Below are positions 10,737 through 24,564 of a DNA stretch of 64,000 bases, piece after piece. The translations under genes and the position numbers were made by a program. This DNA comes from Paraphysomonas bandaiensis (taxonomy: Eukaryota; Protista; Chrysophyceae). Location: positions 186,001-250,000 of the forward strand of contig CBFFRP010000426.1 in assembly GCA_965644295.1 (NCBI GenBank), read 5' to 3'. The notes under the pieces were generated by a model. It was given only the letters and a program-made list of their open reading frames with translations. It had not been told where the DNA came from and did no database searches. Position 1 is the first letter of the stretch, and each line of letters opens with the position of its first letter.

Positions 10737-12990
10737 CTATGAAAGCCACTTCGATCGCTTATTTTTCATAGGCGAGCTATTAGTCAATATATTACTAAAT
10801 GAAGGAATGAGTGGGTTGCGCTTTATATCTGTTGTACTCTTTCTACCGTAGCTCTGATATAGGTCTTCATCACCATACCCTGAAAGATCAATTGATAACT
10901 CTTCGCTCGGAGATAGTAGGCCCTTGTCATCATTTGTACTTCCAGAACGATCGCGAGGACTGTCGCCACTTTTTTCTCTACGCGGAGACAAGCGAATTCC
11001 AGATATATCAGTGTAATTTTCCTTCGTGTATACACTATGCAAGGGAGAGAGAAACCCGAGACCAGATTCTCCGTTCTCAGCATCATCGACCAAACAATCC
11101 TCTACGAATGATGAATTACCCAATAGTAAAAGTCCAGTATCTGCACCCTCCTTACTGTCTTTCCGACTCTCATTTACTGGTATGTCGTGCGCACTGGAGT
11201 ACAGTCTCACAACTTCTGATAACATATCCACCATCTGCTCCGAACTCGCCCTACTTTCTTCATCACTCCATCCCTTGGTGATGGCTTCTACCAATCCCTC
11301 CGGAGCACCAATTGGCAGATCCGGTCGAATTCCACTAACAATCATATCATACAAGGTGAAGGTGTCACATCCGTCAAATGGATCCCGGCCAGTCCATATC
11401 TGCCATATCGTTACTGCTAGGGCATACACGTCCACGGCCTCGGTATAGAAGCTCTTACTGCTAACCAATTCAGGTGCCATATAGGCTACTGTACCTAGAA
11501 CTGTCATTCGCCCACCATTTTCGTCAACCACAGCCTTCTCTCTAATGACAGTCGACTCCCCGAAGTCACCAAGTTTAACATTCCATTTATAGGTAACAAA
11601 TAGGTTCTCAGCCTTTATATCCCCTTCACAAAACATACATAAGAGAGAGTGTTAACGCATACACAGCCATACTAACAACAAGTGAATTCGAAAAGTACAT
11701 CATATACAACAATCATAATAACAGACACGTACTGTGCATAAATCCCTTAGAATGGAGATAGGCAACTGCCCGGGCAGCGTCATGTATAGCCCTGAGCCGT
11801 CTAACTGGAGTCCATTCAGCAGCATCCCTCTCAAGGCTCTGCTTCATGTTCCCGTGATCACAATACTCCACTACCAGCCCTATTTGCGGCGGGCGTATAC
11901 AAATACCGTAAAACTTTACTATACACGGGTGACATAGGTTCGAATTAAGCAGGGCCTCGTTCCGAATCCGCAGAAGCTCATCCGCTGTCACTTCAGGGGG
12001 GGTTGAGACCTTGATAGCAACATCTGTCTGCCGTAACGAACCCTTGTAAACATCTGCCGAGGCACCAGACCCCACCAACGGGCCAACTTTCACGAAAGCG
12101 AAATCAATAAACCAGTCTTTCACATCAGCTAGTAGACCCTGGAATTCCTTCGCAGCCACCTTAGTGGTAAGACCAGGTAGAGCTTTATCGTGCTCCTGTC
12201 CATTGGAAAACACGATACCTCCTTTATTGTGCTTTCCCAAACCTCGCCAAAACTTCGTGTCCGCCAGCAGAGTACGATAAAGGGCGAGCGGGAATATCTG
12301 ACTGGACAGAAATATACATGTCGCAAGACCTACCACCGAGCCGAAGAATCGCCCACCCGGGGCGTGTCTGCGCACTGTGTAGCTTGCAGACAGACACATC
12401 AGTATAGTATAAAAGACGCAATAAACAAGCAGAAATTCTACACACGAGCGATTAGAGCGACTTCCCAGGCGCACGCGAGAGGGAATTAGGCCAGTAATAA
12501 TGCCAACACCATAGACAGTTGGAGGAGCTGCAGTTGACAGTATGAAAAGCACTGACCATACAAGCGGATAGAACTTGACTGCTGTCCATATTGACCATAT
12601 CAATGTGCAAAACAACCACCACGGAAAAAGTAAGTAGAGTGTACGCCTGAAACCCGAGAGAGAAACAGAAGGTTGCAACAGCAGCACAATCGGGATGCAA
12701 TACAAAATCATACAGCACATTGCGCAGTACTCAACAATATGTCCATTAATATATGCATCAGAAGTAACTGAATAGACTATCAGTACAAGTAGTACAAGAA
12801 TAATGAATGCTACACATATTCCACGAATAAGAGGCTTGTAGCATGGCAATATCAGGTGTCGGGCGGCATTCTTATCTCCAAAGTAAGCCAAATGCTGTTT
12901 CTGAGTCATCATATAGAGCATATATGAGCTCACGAGACATCCAAGAAACAAACCAATAGCAGTAATCCATACAGATATACTAACTAGCAT
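10737..12990 (-). CDS. Seven-transmembrane domain fused to a TKL-family protein kinase (GPCR-TKL-like), 2 exons
   Basis: About 7 hydrophobic segments in the first ~240 aa, then GSGASADVY, VAIK, HRDIKAEN (rebuilt across intron 11732-11624), DFG and GTVAYMAPE. Confidence 0.9.
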
Positions 12991-13198
12991 GATAATCTAT
13001 CACTTTATACGGGAGATAGACGCTGATCTCTATATAGACTACTAGAGAGCTCTCAATAGCTTATAATTTAAGTTATATGTCGTGATACTATTCAAAACAT
13101 CCATCTATCTGATGTCAGATAGATGCGGGATGATATAAAAATCCATCTCTATGATCTCTACTTCAGCATGTCACTTATTTAAAGTGTGGGTCTCTATG

Positions 13199-13200
13199 TC

Positions 13201-13236
<36 letters not shown>

Positions 13237-13442
13237 TGTATGTATGTATGTATGTATGTATGTATGTATGTATGTATGTATGTATGTATGTATGTATGTA
13301 TGTATGTATGTATGTATGTATGTATGTATGTATGTATGTATGTATGTATGTATGTATGTATGTATGTATGTATGTATGTATGTATGTATGTATGTATGTA
13401 TGTATGTATGTATGTATGTATGTATGTATGTATGTATGTATG

Positions 13443-13476
<34 letters not shown>

Positions 13477-13532
13477 TGTATGTATGTATGTATGTATGTA
13501 TGTATGTATGTATGTATGTATGTATGTATGTC

Positions 13533-13568
<36 letters not shown>

Positions 13569-13974
13569 TGTATGTATGTATGTATGTATGTATGTATGTA
13601 TGTATGTATGTATGTATGTATGTATGTATGTATGTATGTATGTATGTATGTATGTATGTATGTATGTATGTATGTATGTATGTATGTATGTATGTATGTA
13701 TGTATGTATGTATGTATGTATGTATGTATGTACGTATGTATGTATGTATGTATGTATGTATGTATGTATGTATGTATGTATGTATGTATGTATGTATGTA
13801 TGTATGTATGTATGTATGTATGTATGTATGTATGTATGTATGTATGTATGTATGTATGTATGTATGTATGTATGTATGTATGTATGTATGTATGTATGTA
13901 TGTATGTATGTATGTATGTATGTATGTATGTATGTATGTATGTATGTATGTATGTATGTATGTATGTATGTATG

Positions 13975-14008
<34 letters not shown>

Positions 14009-14072
14009 TGTATGTATGTATGTATGTATGTATGTATGTATGTATGTATGTATGTATGTATGTATGTATGTC

Positions 14073-14108
<36 letters not shown>

Positions 14109-14406
14109 TGTATGTATGTATGTATGTATGTATGTATGTATGTATGTATGTATGTATGTATGTATGTATGTATGTATGTATGTATGTATGTATGTATGTA
14201 TGTATGTATGTATGTATGTATGTATGTATGTATGTATGTATGTATGTATGTACGTATGTATGTATGTATGTATGTATGTATGTATGTATGTATGTATGTA
14301 TGTATGTATGTATGTATGTATGTATGTATGTATGTATGTATGTATGTATGTATGTATGTATGTATGTATGTATGTATGTATGTATGTATGTATGTATGTA
14401 TGTATG

Positions 14407-14440
<34 letters not shown>

Positions 14441-14510
14441 TGTATGTATGTATGTATGTATGTATGTATGTATGTATGTATGTATGTATGTATGTATGTA
14501 TGTGTATGGG

Positions 14511-14546
<36 letters not shown>

Positions 14547-14862
14547 TGTATGTATGTATGTATGTATGTATGTATGTATGTATGTATGTATGTATGTATG
14601 TATGTATGTATGTATGTATGTATGTATGTATGTATGTATGTATGTATGTATGTACGTATGTATGTATGTATGTATGTATGTATGTATGTATGTATGTATG
14701 TATGTATGTATGTATGTATGTATGTATGTATGTATGTATGTATGTATGTATGTATGTATGTATGTATGTATGTATGTATGTAGTCTAAAATATATATATG
14801 TATGTAGTCTAAATATATACATGTATATACATACATACATACATACATACATACATACATAC
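13199..14862. repeat. ~1.6-kb (TATG)n microsatellite with higher-order structure, followed by a short opposite-polarity (CATA)n run
   Basis: Directly visible; variant units recur in a fixed order. Confidence 0.99.
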
Positions 14863-15162
14863 ACTGTACAGCGGTACGGAGTCCTTGTACATGTAGAGTG
14901 TATAAATACCGTGTGGTGTACAAGCATTTATACAACAGTATTCAAGGAACGGATTTGTTTATGTACTGCTGGATATAGTACCTGTGCACGAATATGTACA
15001 ATATAGCAGTACTCGTATAATGACCCTGTATACAACAGTACATCATATACGCATCCTCTGTAGCATAGCATACAGCAGCAGTGTGGTAATCTGAGACATT
15101 GCCATCATAATGCACTGCATACACCTTACCAATTCATTTCTATATATACTATCACAACTCAC

Positions 15163-16050
15163 ATGTTCAAACCAACAAGACGTGTAGAGGGTGCACACAG
15201 AGACGGCATCTGGTGTGTCACATGGCATGATAATACTATATACACAGGCTCATTGGATGGGACATCGAAAACATGGTCCGATGAGCTCTCTCCTCATGCA
15301 GTATCATCCCAACAAAAGTTGGGTATTACATCTGTATCAATATGCAAGAATAGCAGTACACTTGTAACATGTTCTCAAGATTCAACCATATCATTCTTTA
15401 ATAATGAAATGAATGAAAATGGACGTATCGATGCTGGGTTTTTAGAAGCATTTAAAACAACTGTATCTCCTAATGAGGAAATTGTTGCTGCAGGATCCCA
15501 CTCTGGTGCTGTTAATCTGTGGTCTATGACTAGTAAATCTAAAACCGGGTCTTTACAAACGAAAAATAACAAGTTTGTATTGAGTACTGCATTCAGTCCA
15601 GATGGGTCGCAACTTTCGTGCACTGGAATTGATGGAACCTTGAGTATTTTCGACCTAGGTTCATCTGAGTTAGTCTATAGTACAGATGCGCATGCACTTC
15701 CTGCTCGCTGTGTGAAATATTCTCATGGGGGTGACTTATTATTCACTGCCTCAGACGACCGCCATGTGTGCGTATTCGACCGTCGCTCGGGCACCCCGAT
15801 CAATTCTTTTTCCCACACGGGAATGGTGCTCAGTCTTGACACTGCTGCGGATGACAGACACTTTGTGGTCGGCTGTGCTAATCATTTAGTTGGGTATTGG
15901 GACTTGGGCATGCAGCGGTGTGTCCAGTCCTTTGACTCTCAACACAATGACCAGGTATGGGGTGTGAGCTTCAACGCTACTGGAGACAGATTTGTATCTG
16001 TGGGCGACGATGCCCTGGTACAATTATACGAAAGTACCTCGTCAAAGTGA
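15163..16050 (+). CDS. WDR61: WD40-repeat protein, WDR61/SKI8 homolog
   Basis: 295 aa, about 7 WD40 repeats. N-terminal AHRDGIWCVTW, TASDDRHV and C-terminal HNDQVWGVSFN..FVSVGDD match the WDR61/Ski8 pattern. Confidence 0.85.
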   Translation: MFKPTRRVEGAHRDGIWCVTWHDNTIYTGSLDGTSKTWSDELSPHAVSSQQKLGITSVSICKNSSTLVTCSQDSTISFFNNEMNENGRIDAGFLEAFKTTVSPNEEIVAAGSHSGAVNLWSMTSKSKTGSLQTKNNKFVLSTAFSPDGSQLSCTGIDGTLSIFDLGSSELVYSTDAHALPARCVKYSHGGDLLFTASDDRHVCVFDRRSGTPINSFSHTGMVLSLDTAADDRHFVVGCANHLVGYWDLGMQRCVQSFDSQHNDQVWGVSFNATGDRFVSVGDDALVQLYESTSSK

Positions 16051-17018
16051 GATTCGAGATAGTAGACATATCTTATTAAGTTACAACACAGCTCAATGTG
16101 GGATAAGAAATATTAGTTAGCTGATACGCTTACGTAACAACAACTTAGCCCTTATTGTAATTAATATATCAATTTATCCTTCATGACTTTCTGATAACTA
16201 GTACTTGTTTAACGCATTTTTATTTTAATTATATGGTTGATACGTACCGCGAACTTTTATATGTGATGCTGAGTTCTGCTGTAAAATAAGATTTATAGCT
16301 TTCACTAGTATTAAATGACAGATACACCTCGTATTCTTTAAAGGTGAGGATAATTAATATAAGCTTCACATGAAGGATAAAGCCAAATAGTATTACAGCA
16401 AGATACGCTTGAACAGCACACAGCACCACACATATTTACGTATCTTCTACAGTCGCGTATCTGAATCAGTCTAGGTAATATGTAATGTGTAATGTAGTCG
16501 TTGATTACTACAGGTCATAGTACTTCATTGCATATTATCTGCTATCATTATAACGTAAAATATATAATGTATTAGTAATGGATTAGCTGAAAAGCAATAT
16601 ATTTATATATCTTAAAACATATGTTCACCAATGTATTACATGAATATGTCGAGAAGTGTATAGATCAATAGTTATGATTCTTTGTTGAAAGGTCGTGTAT
16701 ATTTGAGGTTTACGCGTAGAGCACGTTAACTTCAGTGAAATGACCAATTCTAACAATGATGTGCATTTTAAACTCCAGTGTAATGTCCATATATAACATG
16801 TGACTCAAAACAGATATTCTCAGTACGTATACTTTCTAAGTGTTTCCTTTGCTTATTATGCCAGTTCAAATGATATTGATAAGTTCTCGCTCAAATTATT
16901 ACGAGGTATAACAAATCTGTAACTCAGGCAGCTTATTAAAGCATTGAGTACATTAATTCTTATGTCATCATAAAATAAATATTTTGAAATAAATTACACC
17001 AATACTAATTCACTAACA

Positions 17019-17994
17019 CTATTTGACATATTCATTTCTCAGAATGTCCAAAATAGTAGTATTGGATGTGAGATCGAATGCCGATTTCTCATTCTGTCGA
17101 GAACAAAACATATCAATGTGTATTTACAATCATACAAATTGAACTTACTCTGGTTGTGAGATTTCTATCTGCTCCAGCTCGCACAAGAATTAGAACCGCA
17201 TCTTCATCCCCAACTAAGCAGCTCTGCATAAGTGCAGTAAATCCGTTCTAAAGTATACAATCAGGTATTTAGTAGGAAACACCAGTTCTAAATTTACTAC
17301 GCATACTTTGTCTTGTATATTTAAATTTGCCCCAGCGATAGTCAATATGTGCAATATTTCCGTATATCCACTCATAGCGGCTAACATCAAGGCAGAACAA
17401 TACTGTGGTGTGTTCAATTCATGGATTTCGGATACACATCATACTTACATTATCGTCGATGCTATCTATTTCAGCACCACTATCAATAAGTATACGTGCC
17501 ACAGAGCAGTTGTTATTGATGGAACTCAGCATCAGTGCTGTTAATCCATGCTGGTTGTTTACGTTATGCAGTTTCTTTGAAAAAGTATTTTTACGTATAC
17601 ACCTCGTCCCGAGCATCGAGTGTCGCACCATGTGTGACAAGGTACTCTGTAATATCAATAAATCCGTGAATAGAAGCCAATGACAATGCCGTTCGTCCAA
17701 GCTACTATTGAGTAAATATCAATTTTGAAAGCGAACAATACCCATACCGGTCCACAGACATTGCAGTCAGCTCCTCTTGATACCAACAATCGAACAACAT
17801 CGATTCTATTTTTTATAGTTGCCGCAATCAGTGGAGTTCGTCCCCACTAAATATCAACAATAATTGGTTCAAATGGTGTATTGAACTATGCATACTTCAT
17901 CCATTGAATTCAGTGTATCTGTAGACAACTCTCTTAAGGAGTCACGTAACACATCAACATTTCCGTGTGATGCTAATTCAATTATATCTGTCAT
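17019..17994 (-). CDS. Ankyrin-repeat protein (7 exons, about one repeat per exon)
   Basis: Hand-spliced exons begin MTDIIELASHG, WGRTPLIAA, LGRTALSLA, HGLTALMLS, YCSALMLAA, NGFTALMQS and NEKSAFDL; all introns are phase-0 GT-AG. Confidence 0.9.
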
Positions 17995-18582
17995 CTGAAC
18001 AGGATTAACGTGTCAAAATATAATTAGAGTAGAGTAACAATTGTATATGGGCCCAGACTGTGACTCTATGGCAGCATATTATGCATGTATGTCGTTAGTT
18101 TAGTTCCAGTAGACAATGATGCGGTGGGATATGCAGCAGGAGTATTACTACAACGGTATGGATGGAGAAGGTTGCATTGACGATATTGCCACTGAAGAAT
18201 TTGCTACACCATGTTCTCAACTGCAAACTGCAAGATGAAGATACTCACATACTGTACTGCTATATACTGCTGCTCTATATACAGCAGTACATCTACTGCT
18301 GTACACAAGTACACAACTATACGGGTACCTAAGTACATAGGTTTCCAAGCACACAGGTATATAAGTACACCTACATTGACAGCTGTATGAACTGATGTAC
18401 TTATGCACTGTATTGGTTTGAGTACCTTCTGGAGCTGTTGAGTGTTGCATATATAAACAAACATCTCACTCATTCGAGTCATTCATTCTTCATTGTGATA
18501 ACACTACACACACCAGTCGCATTGCAGTACATTCATTGTCTCTGACAATTCTATGACAAAGAAGTGATAGTGTAGGTATAGT

Positions 18583-19869
18583 ATGGAACATAGTAATGAA
18601 GATCAAAATACGAAGTCAAAAGTCACTATATTTTCTAAGAAAAATCCGAAGAGAAAACATTTACGACGTAAATTAGATGACAATGAAGACGAAGAAGATT
18701 CTGATATTCTAAAGAAACTTCAAGAAATTCGCTCGGAACAATTATATAGAAAAAGGTCTTTATATGTATAGTTAACATCACATATGTGTGTGTATGTATG
18801 TATATGTGCATGCATGTATATGTATGTGTATGTATGTATGTATGTATGTATGTATGTATGTATGTATGTATGTATGTATGTATGTATGTATGTATGTGTA
18901 TGTATGTATGTATGTATGTATGTATGTATGTATGTACGTATGTAACATATATATATATATAGACAGAAAGGCATTGATGCACTTAATGAAGGGAAAACTA
19001 AAATATCAGAGTCAAAAACAGTTGCTGATAAGTCTATTAAACAAATGATGGGAACCCAGTTTTCTATCCAGGTACTTATGCTGTACTTATACATACCTAT
19101 ACAAAAATACGTATACATACACACATATGCGTACATATACATACATACACCTTCATATAAATTAGTGACGTAGTTATTATATGCTGAGTTGATTGATAAG
19201 ACATGCGAGAACAGGAAAGTGGAGAGTTTGGTGGAACTCTCAGTCACGAGAAGTTAATGGAGCAGTACATAGAGGAGAAAATCAAACATTTGACGAAACA
19301 AAAGTAATAGATGTGCTAATGTTTGATACCTGACATTACACTGTATAATGGTTTGATATCTGTGTAGAGATAATCCTGCAAAGGAATTAACTGAAGAAGA
19401 CAAGTTATTTATCGTTCCAGATGACATTAAGGTATAACAATGCATCCCGTATGGCATTTAGAGCCTTATAAACTTGAAGTATCACTCACTCATGGTGCTT
19501 ATGTCGCGTTTGTTTATTTTATAGGCACTGGAAGGACGGGAGATTAAAGAGTCAAGCACGGAAGGTGGGGGTCTATCTTGGAGTACGGGAATTGCTGAAG
19601 TTTCTCTCCCTATTGATTACAAAATCAAAAACATTGAAGCTACTGAGGAAGCCAAGCGACTGCGGCAGCAAGAGCTTGAGATGGCACGTGCAAAGGATGC
19701 AGTTGGTGATAAAAAGTATACGTTAAGTTTAGGAAATAAAACTGCAAGTTATATTCAAGAAATCGATAGGACTAACGGAGGAAATCGTAGTGAAGGTTTT
19801 GAGCACAGCACAGACGATGCTGCTGTAGGTAGATTTATAAAGAGTCAGCAGCGCTACAATAAAAGTTAA
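18583..19869 (+). CDS. C9orf78: Splicing factor C9orf78/Tls1 homolog (Hep_59 domain), multi-exon
   Basis: Spliced peptides HEKLMEQYIEEKI, EEDKLFIVPDDIK, SWSTGIAEVSLPIDYKIKNIEATEEAK and STDDAAVGRF. Confidence 0.85.
18785..18960. repeat. (TATG)n microsatellite in intron 1 of the C9orf78-like gene
   Basis: Directly visible, between the donor near 18757 and the acceptor at 18962. Confidence 0.95.
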
Positions 19870-20021
19870 TAAAACATCGAAATTCCGACTAATTCAGTGG
19901 AATACATTGATGTGTATTCGCTTTTAGGGTAGTAGATGTCAATCGACTTATATTACTCTTAAGGAGGGCAATCAGATGAGTCAAGGTTCATCGTATCGCA
20001 GTGATTCTGTGTTCTAGTTAC

Positions 20022-20175
20022 CAGGGCTGCGTATCAATTAATTGTCAATTAATTGACGCAGGTTGTAGTCAATTATAATTGCAATTATTACTTGCTGTTT
20101 CAATTTCAACTATTGCAATTAATTGCAATTATTTCATACTAGACTACATTAGCTGCCAATATAGCTACCTCAACT
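20022..20175 (+). mobile_element. MITE-like repeat starting with a hAT-like terminus CAGGGCTGCGTA
   Basis: Shares its body with 7805-7923 and its terminus with the inverted copy ending at 43329. Confidence 0.6.
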
Positions 20176-20647
20176 AGTAGTTACGAGGTCTGCGTATCAA
20201 GTAATTGGGACACAAGAATAATGACTACACATTTTCGATGTGTACAGAATAGAATAATTCATTTGTAGGTGGAAAACTATTAGTTAATGAACCATCAGAA
20301 AATGTGAACAATGATGAGGCAGGTGTGCTGTTTTCTGATCTCCAATAGGCTCACTAAGATCCAAGATCACCTACCATATGCAGAATTCCTCGTAGCTACC
20401 TGGTAGCTTACTTTGCACGTTCTATTACGTCCGTACCGCTACTCGCTACTAATTTTTAGTATAATTTTCTAATACTGCAAAATTTAGTTGGATCAAAAAG
20501 TGGCAATGATATTAATATACAACACCGGTGTAATATTATTTATAAATAGCGCTGCAGCTAAAAACCTGGTGTCACACCATATAATTTCCACGACAATAAT
20601 TCAATTTAAGTCTAAAACAGATCAATTACAAATACGTTTAAGGCGTC

Positions 20648-22437
20648 TTAGTTTTCCCCTGCGCTTCTCGAAGATCGCGACTCAGGATTTTCTGATGTCC
20701 TCGACTTTCTTCTTGACGACTTGCCTTTTCCTGGTGTATCTTTCCTGCTCTTCTTTCTACGTGTGCGCTTATTCATCTCCTGCACTTCCTTCTCCTGTTT
20801 CTCAATCTCCAATATGAAGTTCTATATATATTACTAAGTTAGGAGTATTTGGTATGATCCTTCAACTTACCTTAGTATCGTCAGATGTATTAGGATAAAC
20901 AACAGTAAGTGAATTATCTTTCATTAGCTCTAACTCTGCGCGGTTCGGATTGATCGAGTCTATTACGCTCGGTTTTCGGATCATGCGTCTGGAAGTGCTA
21001 GCCGATGATCCCTGTCTCTCGTAGCTCATGTTGGTCGAGAGCGTACTGCCAACCAATATATCATCGTCTTCGTTAATAGAAGGCATTGATGTGAAAGAAG
21101 GACTCAATGATGGTAATTGTGGAATTTGTGGCCACTCCACGGCGGTTACCTTCCGACTCAAACACTCACTCACTAAATCGTCCTCAAACTTCTTGCGCTG
21201 CTTCGATAGGCGATGATCTATTTGTAACTTTTTCATCATTCGTCGCTCTTTTTCGGCCTTTCCAGCATGGAAAAAAGAAGACAAAAACAATCCACAATCT
21301 ATTTCGCCATCAGATGTACCATACATCTCCAACAAAGCCGACATTTCTGCAGAGTTCACGTGAATATAAAACACCTGCCTCAATACTTCCCGAAAGTCTG
21401 TAGGACCCAATGAAGCAGAATTAAAAGCAGAAAGTGCGTCCCCCCACTGTTCGCGGCGCTCATAATCCGCAGCAACTGTGGTAATCTTTGTTTTCACACT
21501 CTCTATATCCTTTTCAGTGTGGGGTTTCAATTCCAACTCAACACGCTTGGCGTAATACTCTTCACGTGCAGCGACACGTTTCTTTTCAGCTTCCTGAATC
21601 CTCTCGTTAATTCGCTGGTGCTTGGCACGAAATTTCTCTCTCTCTTCATATCCAATGCGAAAGAAGTGCTGCAGAAATTCATGACAGTCTATCTGCCCAT
21701 CACCGTTGCTATCAAACGTGTGTACCAGGGCGGCAACTTCACCAGGTTCCAGATACAAATGAAAGTTTCTCTTCAACTGTTCTTTGAATTGTACTGGGGT
21801 CATAGAACTACTACTTGCAAAACCCTAGAAAGCATGAATCAAATACACAAATAATAGCTACGGCGGTGACTTACCTGAAGGGCAATGGCATTGAAAGAGT
21901 CATGGCTCAGTGCTAGCATTGCAAACTTGCTTATGGCAGATTTTTTATCTTCTTCTGTAAACGATTTTGGAACATTATAGCGACATAAACGTGCAAGAAC
22001 TTTTTCTCGTTCCTCCAAACGCTTGAGTTTCTTCTTTTCAATTTTAATTTCGCTTTCTTTTTGACGCTCGAGTATTTTTTTGCGCTCAATATTTCCAAGT
22101 CGAAGGAACTCATAAATAAAAGCAGCACAATTAACTCTTCCATTATTATCCTGTGTTTATAAAGTCATACAAAGTGTTACATATACTCAATGTAACATAC
22201 CCTATCCAAATACTTCACCAGTGCTCCAAGTTCAGCATTTGTTACTAGCAAAAGAAAATTTCGTCGAAGTTGCTCTCTAAACTCTGTGGGGTCCAATGAG
22301 TAACTATCAAACCCTTTGAGAGAAACTTTCTGTGGATCATAATCAACAGAAGCAAGAGCTAATTTCTTCTTGGCTGATAATAGCTCAGGTAACGTCAACA
22401 GATGGAGGTTTTCGCTACCCTTACTTAATATAGACAT
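20648..22437 (-). CDS. EF-hand protein with three repeated EF-hand/coiled-coil modules (4 exons)
   Basis: Three copies of PxxFREqLrrnF..ElgALv..D...G.IdC..Fl..Ff..G..Er; canonical loop DSNGDGQIDCHE. Confidence 0.85.
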
Positions 22438-23071
22438 AGTGACTGTGATAACTCACGAATACAATTCAATACATGACCACAATAACTTAACGGTAATAGT
22501 ATATCATGCACGATAAGTATAAGGGTTGTAATCGTAAGTATGCTATTGGTGTGTTATAGCATGAATATGATGGAGAGTCATCTAGTAGCAGAGGATTAGC
22601 AGGATCTCTGTGTGTATGTATGTATATATGTGTGTATATATTATATATATGTATAGGGTAGGGTGAAACGTTCAGGACCTGTATACGGCTGTATAAATCG
22701 AACTACAGTATGTATGTCGGATGGTTGTATATACAGCAGTATACTGCTGGTGACAGTATGTATGAGGTGTTTGGACAATATTTATTTTTGACATCGTTTT
22801 TACATATTTCTGCTATGTTACGTCCCTTTCCTCCTACAAAAAATACATACAAAATTTTTTACATCAAATATTTCTACTCATTTTTACTACATATCTCCTG
22901 CATATATACATAGGGGCATACCACTTTAGTAGCCTACATACATATACATACCACACACATATATACACACGTACATAGCAATCATGCATCTATCTAGAGA
23001 GCATCTCCTCATAATAACATAACAACCATCATCCATATCCCTCTTACCAAATATATATACATACCATACAA

Positions 23072-24564
23072 ATGGCTAACAGACAAAGACCTAAAAATCC
23101 CACATATTCAGTACGACATGAGCATATTTTACAAGTTAAAAACCCCAAGAAACCCCCTTCATCTCATAGCAATCTATCCAAACCCTCTATAAGCCATAAT
23201 ACTGTGATACCAAAGAAAATCAATTCATCTCAATCTATTGAATCGAAAAGAATAAGACAAGCTTCATCTGGTAAGCCCATACAGGCTCCAATAGGGAATA
23301 AAATGGAAGAAAATGCTGGGAAAATGACGAAATTTAAAAGTTTAGATGAAATTCCTGATCTTGGAGAGAACTATGAGCCTACATGGAATGATGATGATGA
23401 TCATTATGAATCTCCTGAGCCTGATGATGATGACAATGATTATGATTATTCATACCAATCACATGGTAATCAAAGTTATCAACCAGATGCTTATGCACCT
23501 CCTCCTTTACCAGCAGAATGCAATCGAGGAGTTAGATTCGCCTCTCCAGATAGCTATTCTCCTCACCGTAATGCACAGTATCAACATAGATCAAACGACG
23601 TACCGCGGCAGGAACATGTTGAAAGCTCAAGGAACTATAGACAAAGCTACGATGGGGACTATAGTGATTTTAGTGACAATAGCGACGATGACGACGAACC
23701 ACCTCAAGTGCCATCCGTTGGGCGGAAGCAGCTTCGTAATGTGAGTAGAAATGTGTGTTTGGTGGATATTGACAGTCACGCAATTTTCAGAACCATCACC
23801 ATTCCCCACAGAAAGTGTCCAATCCTCGGAATGGTCGGGCGAAGAATGTAGTGAACAGAGGTATGCCAACATGTGATCCATCGCCAATACGTTACGAGGC
23901 GCCGGAAAGGAGCGTCAGATCAAGTGAAGAACAACTTTACTTTGAGCGGCAGCCACGCGATGTCAACTACAAGTACGTCTATTATTCGACTATATATGCG
24001 GCTTAATCCCCCAACATTATTTTCTCGTTTTTTTGGTCTTCTGATGAAAAGCCTCTTCTAATATAATGTGATAGGCCATATACCCTTCAGGATTACAAGA
24101 AAATTAAACCTCAAAACTATGTAGAGTTGGGGAAATTGAAGCCAGGTGCAATATGATAAATGTTTACATTGTATTCACTCAACGTTCTCTGCTCTGTGTG
24201 AATAGATCTAAACACCGAAGAGCTGGTAGCTAAGCGAGCCAATGCAGAACGCATAAAGGAATTTTCAAAGAATTTACATCATTATAATAAGCAAGCTATG
24301 CCTCGTCGTGACCAGTCTGCTGAGGATAAAAAGAAGAAAGAAGTGAGTAGACGTGAAAAGGCTTTGCAATTTGCTCAGAATATCCCGAAACCTAAAGTCA
24401 AACCTAATGCACAACTTGAAAGTGGTGGAAGCGCTAAGGGTGCCAGCAATGTCGGAATGGGTACTCAGGCAGCTGTGGAATCCAGTAGGTTAGAAGAACT
24501 GACATCGAAACACTTGCAGAGTAAAAAACAAGTTGATGCTATCAAAAAATCGTTAGGGTTGTAG
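23072..24564 (+). CDS. JHY (C11orf63)-like ciliary protein, multi-exon
   Basis: Low-complexity N-terminus. Spliced C-terminus YKPYTLQDYKK..ELGKLKPDL..IKEFSKNL..SRREKALQFAQNIPKPK..LEELTSKHLQSKKQVDAIK fits the JHY domain pattern. Confidence 0.7.

Noticed and set aside
13151-15006. Long MYVC/HTYI-repeat ORFs (also at 18.6-19.2, 28.7-29.2, 33.4-34.2 and 46.9-47.3 kb)
   Set aside because: Translations of stop-free (TATG)n microsatellites in all frames; not genes.
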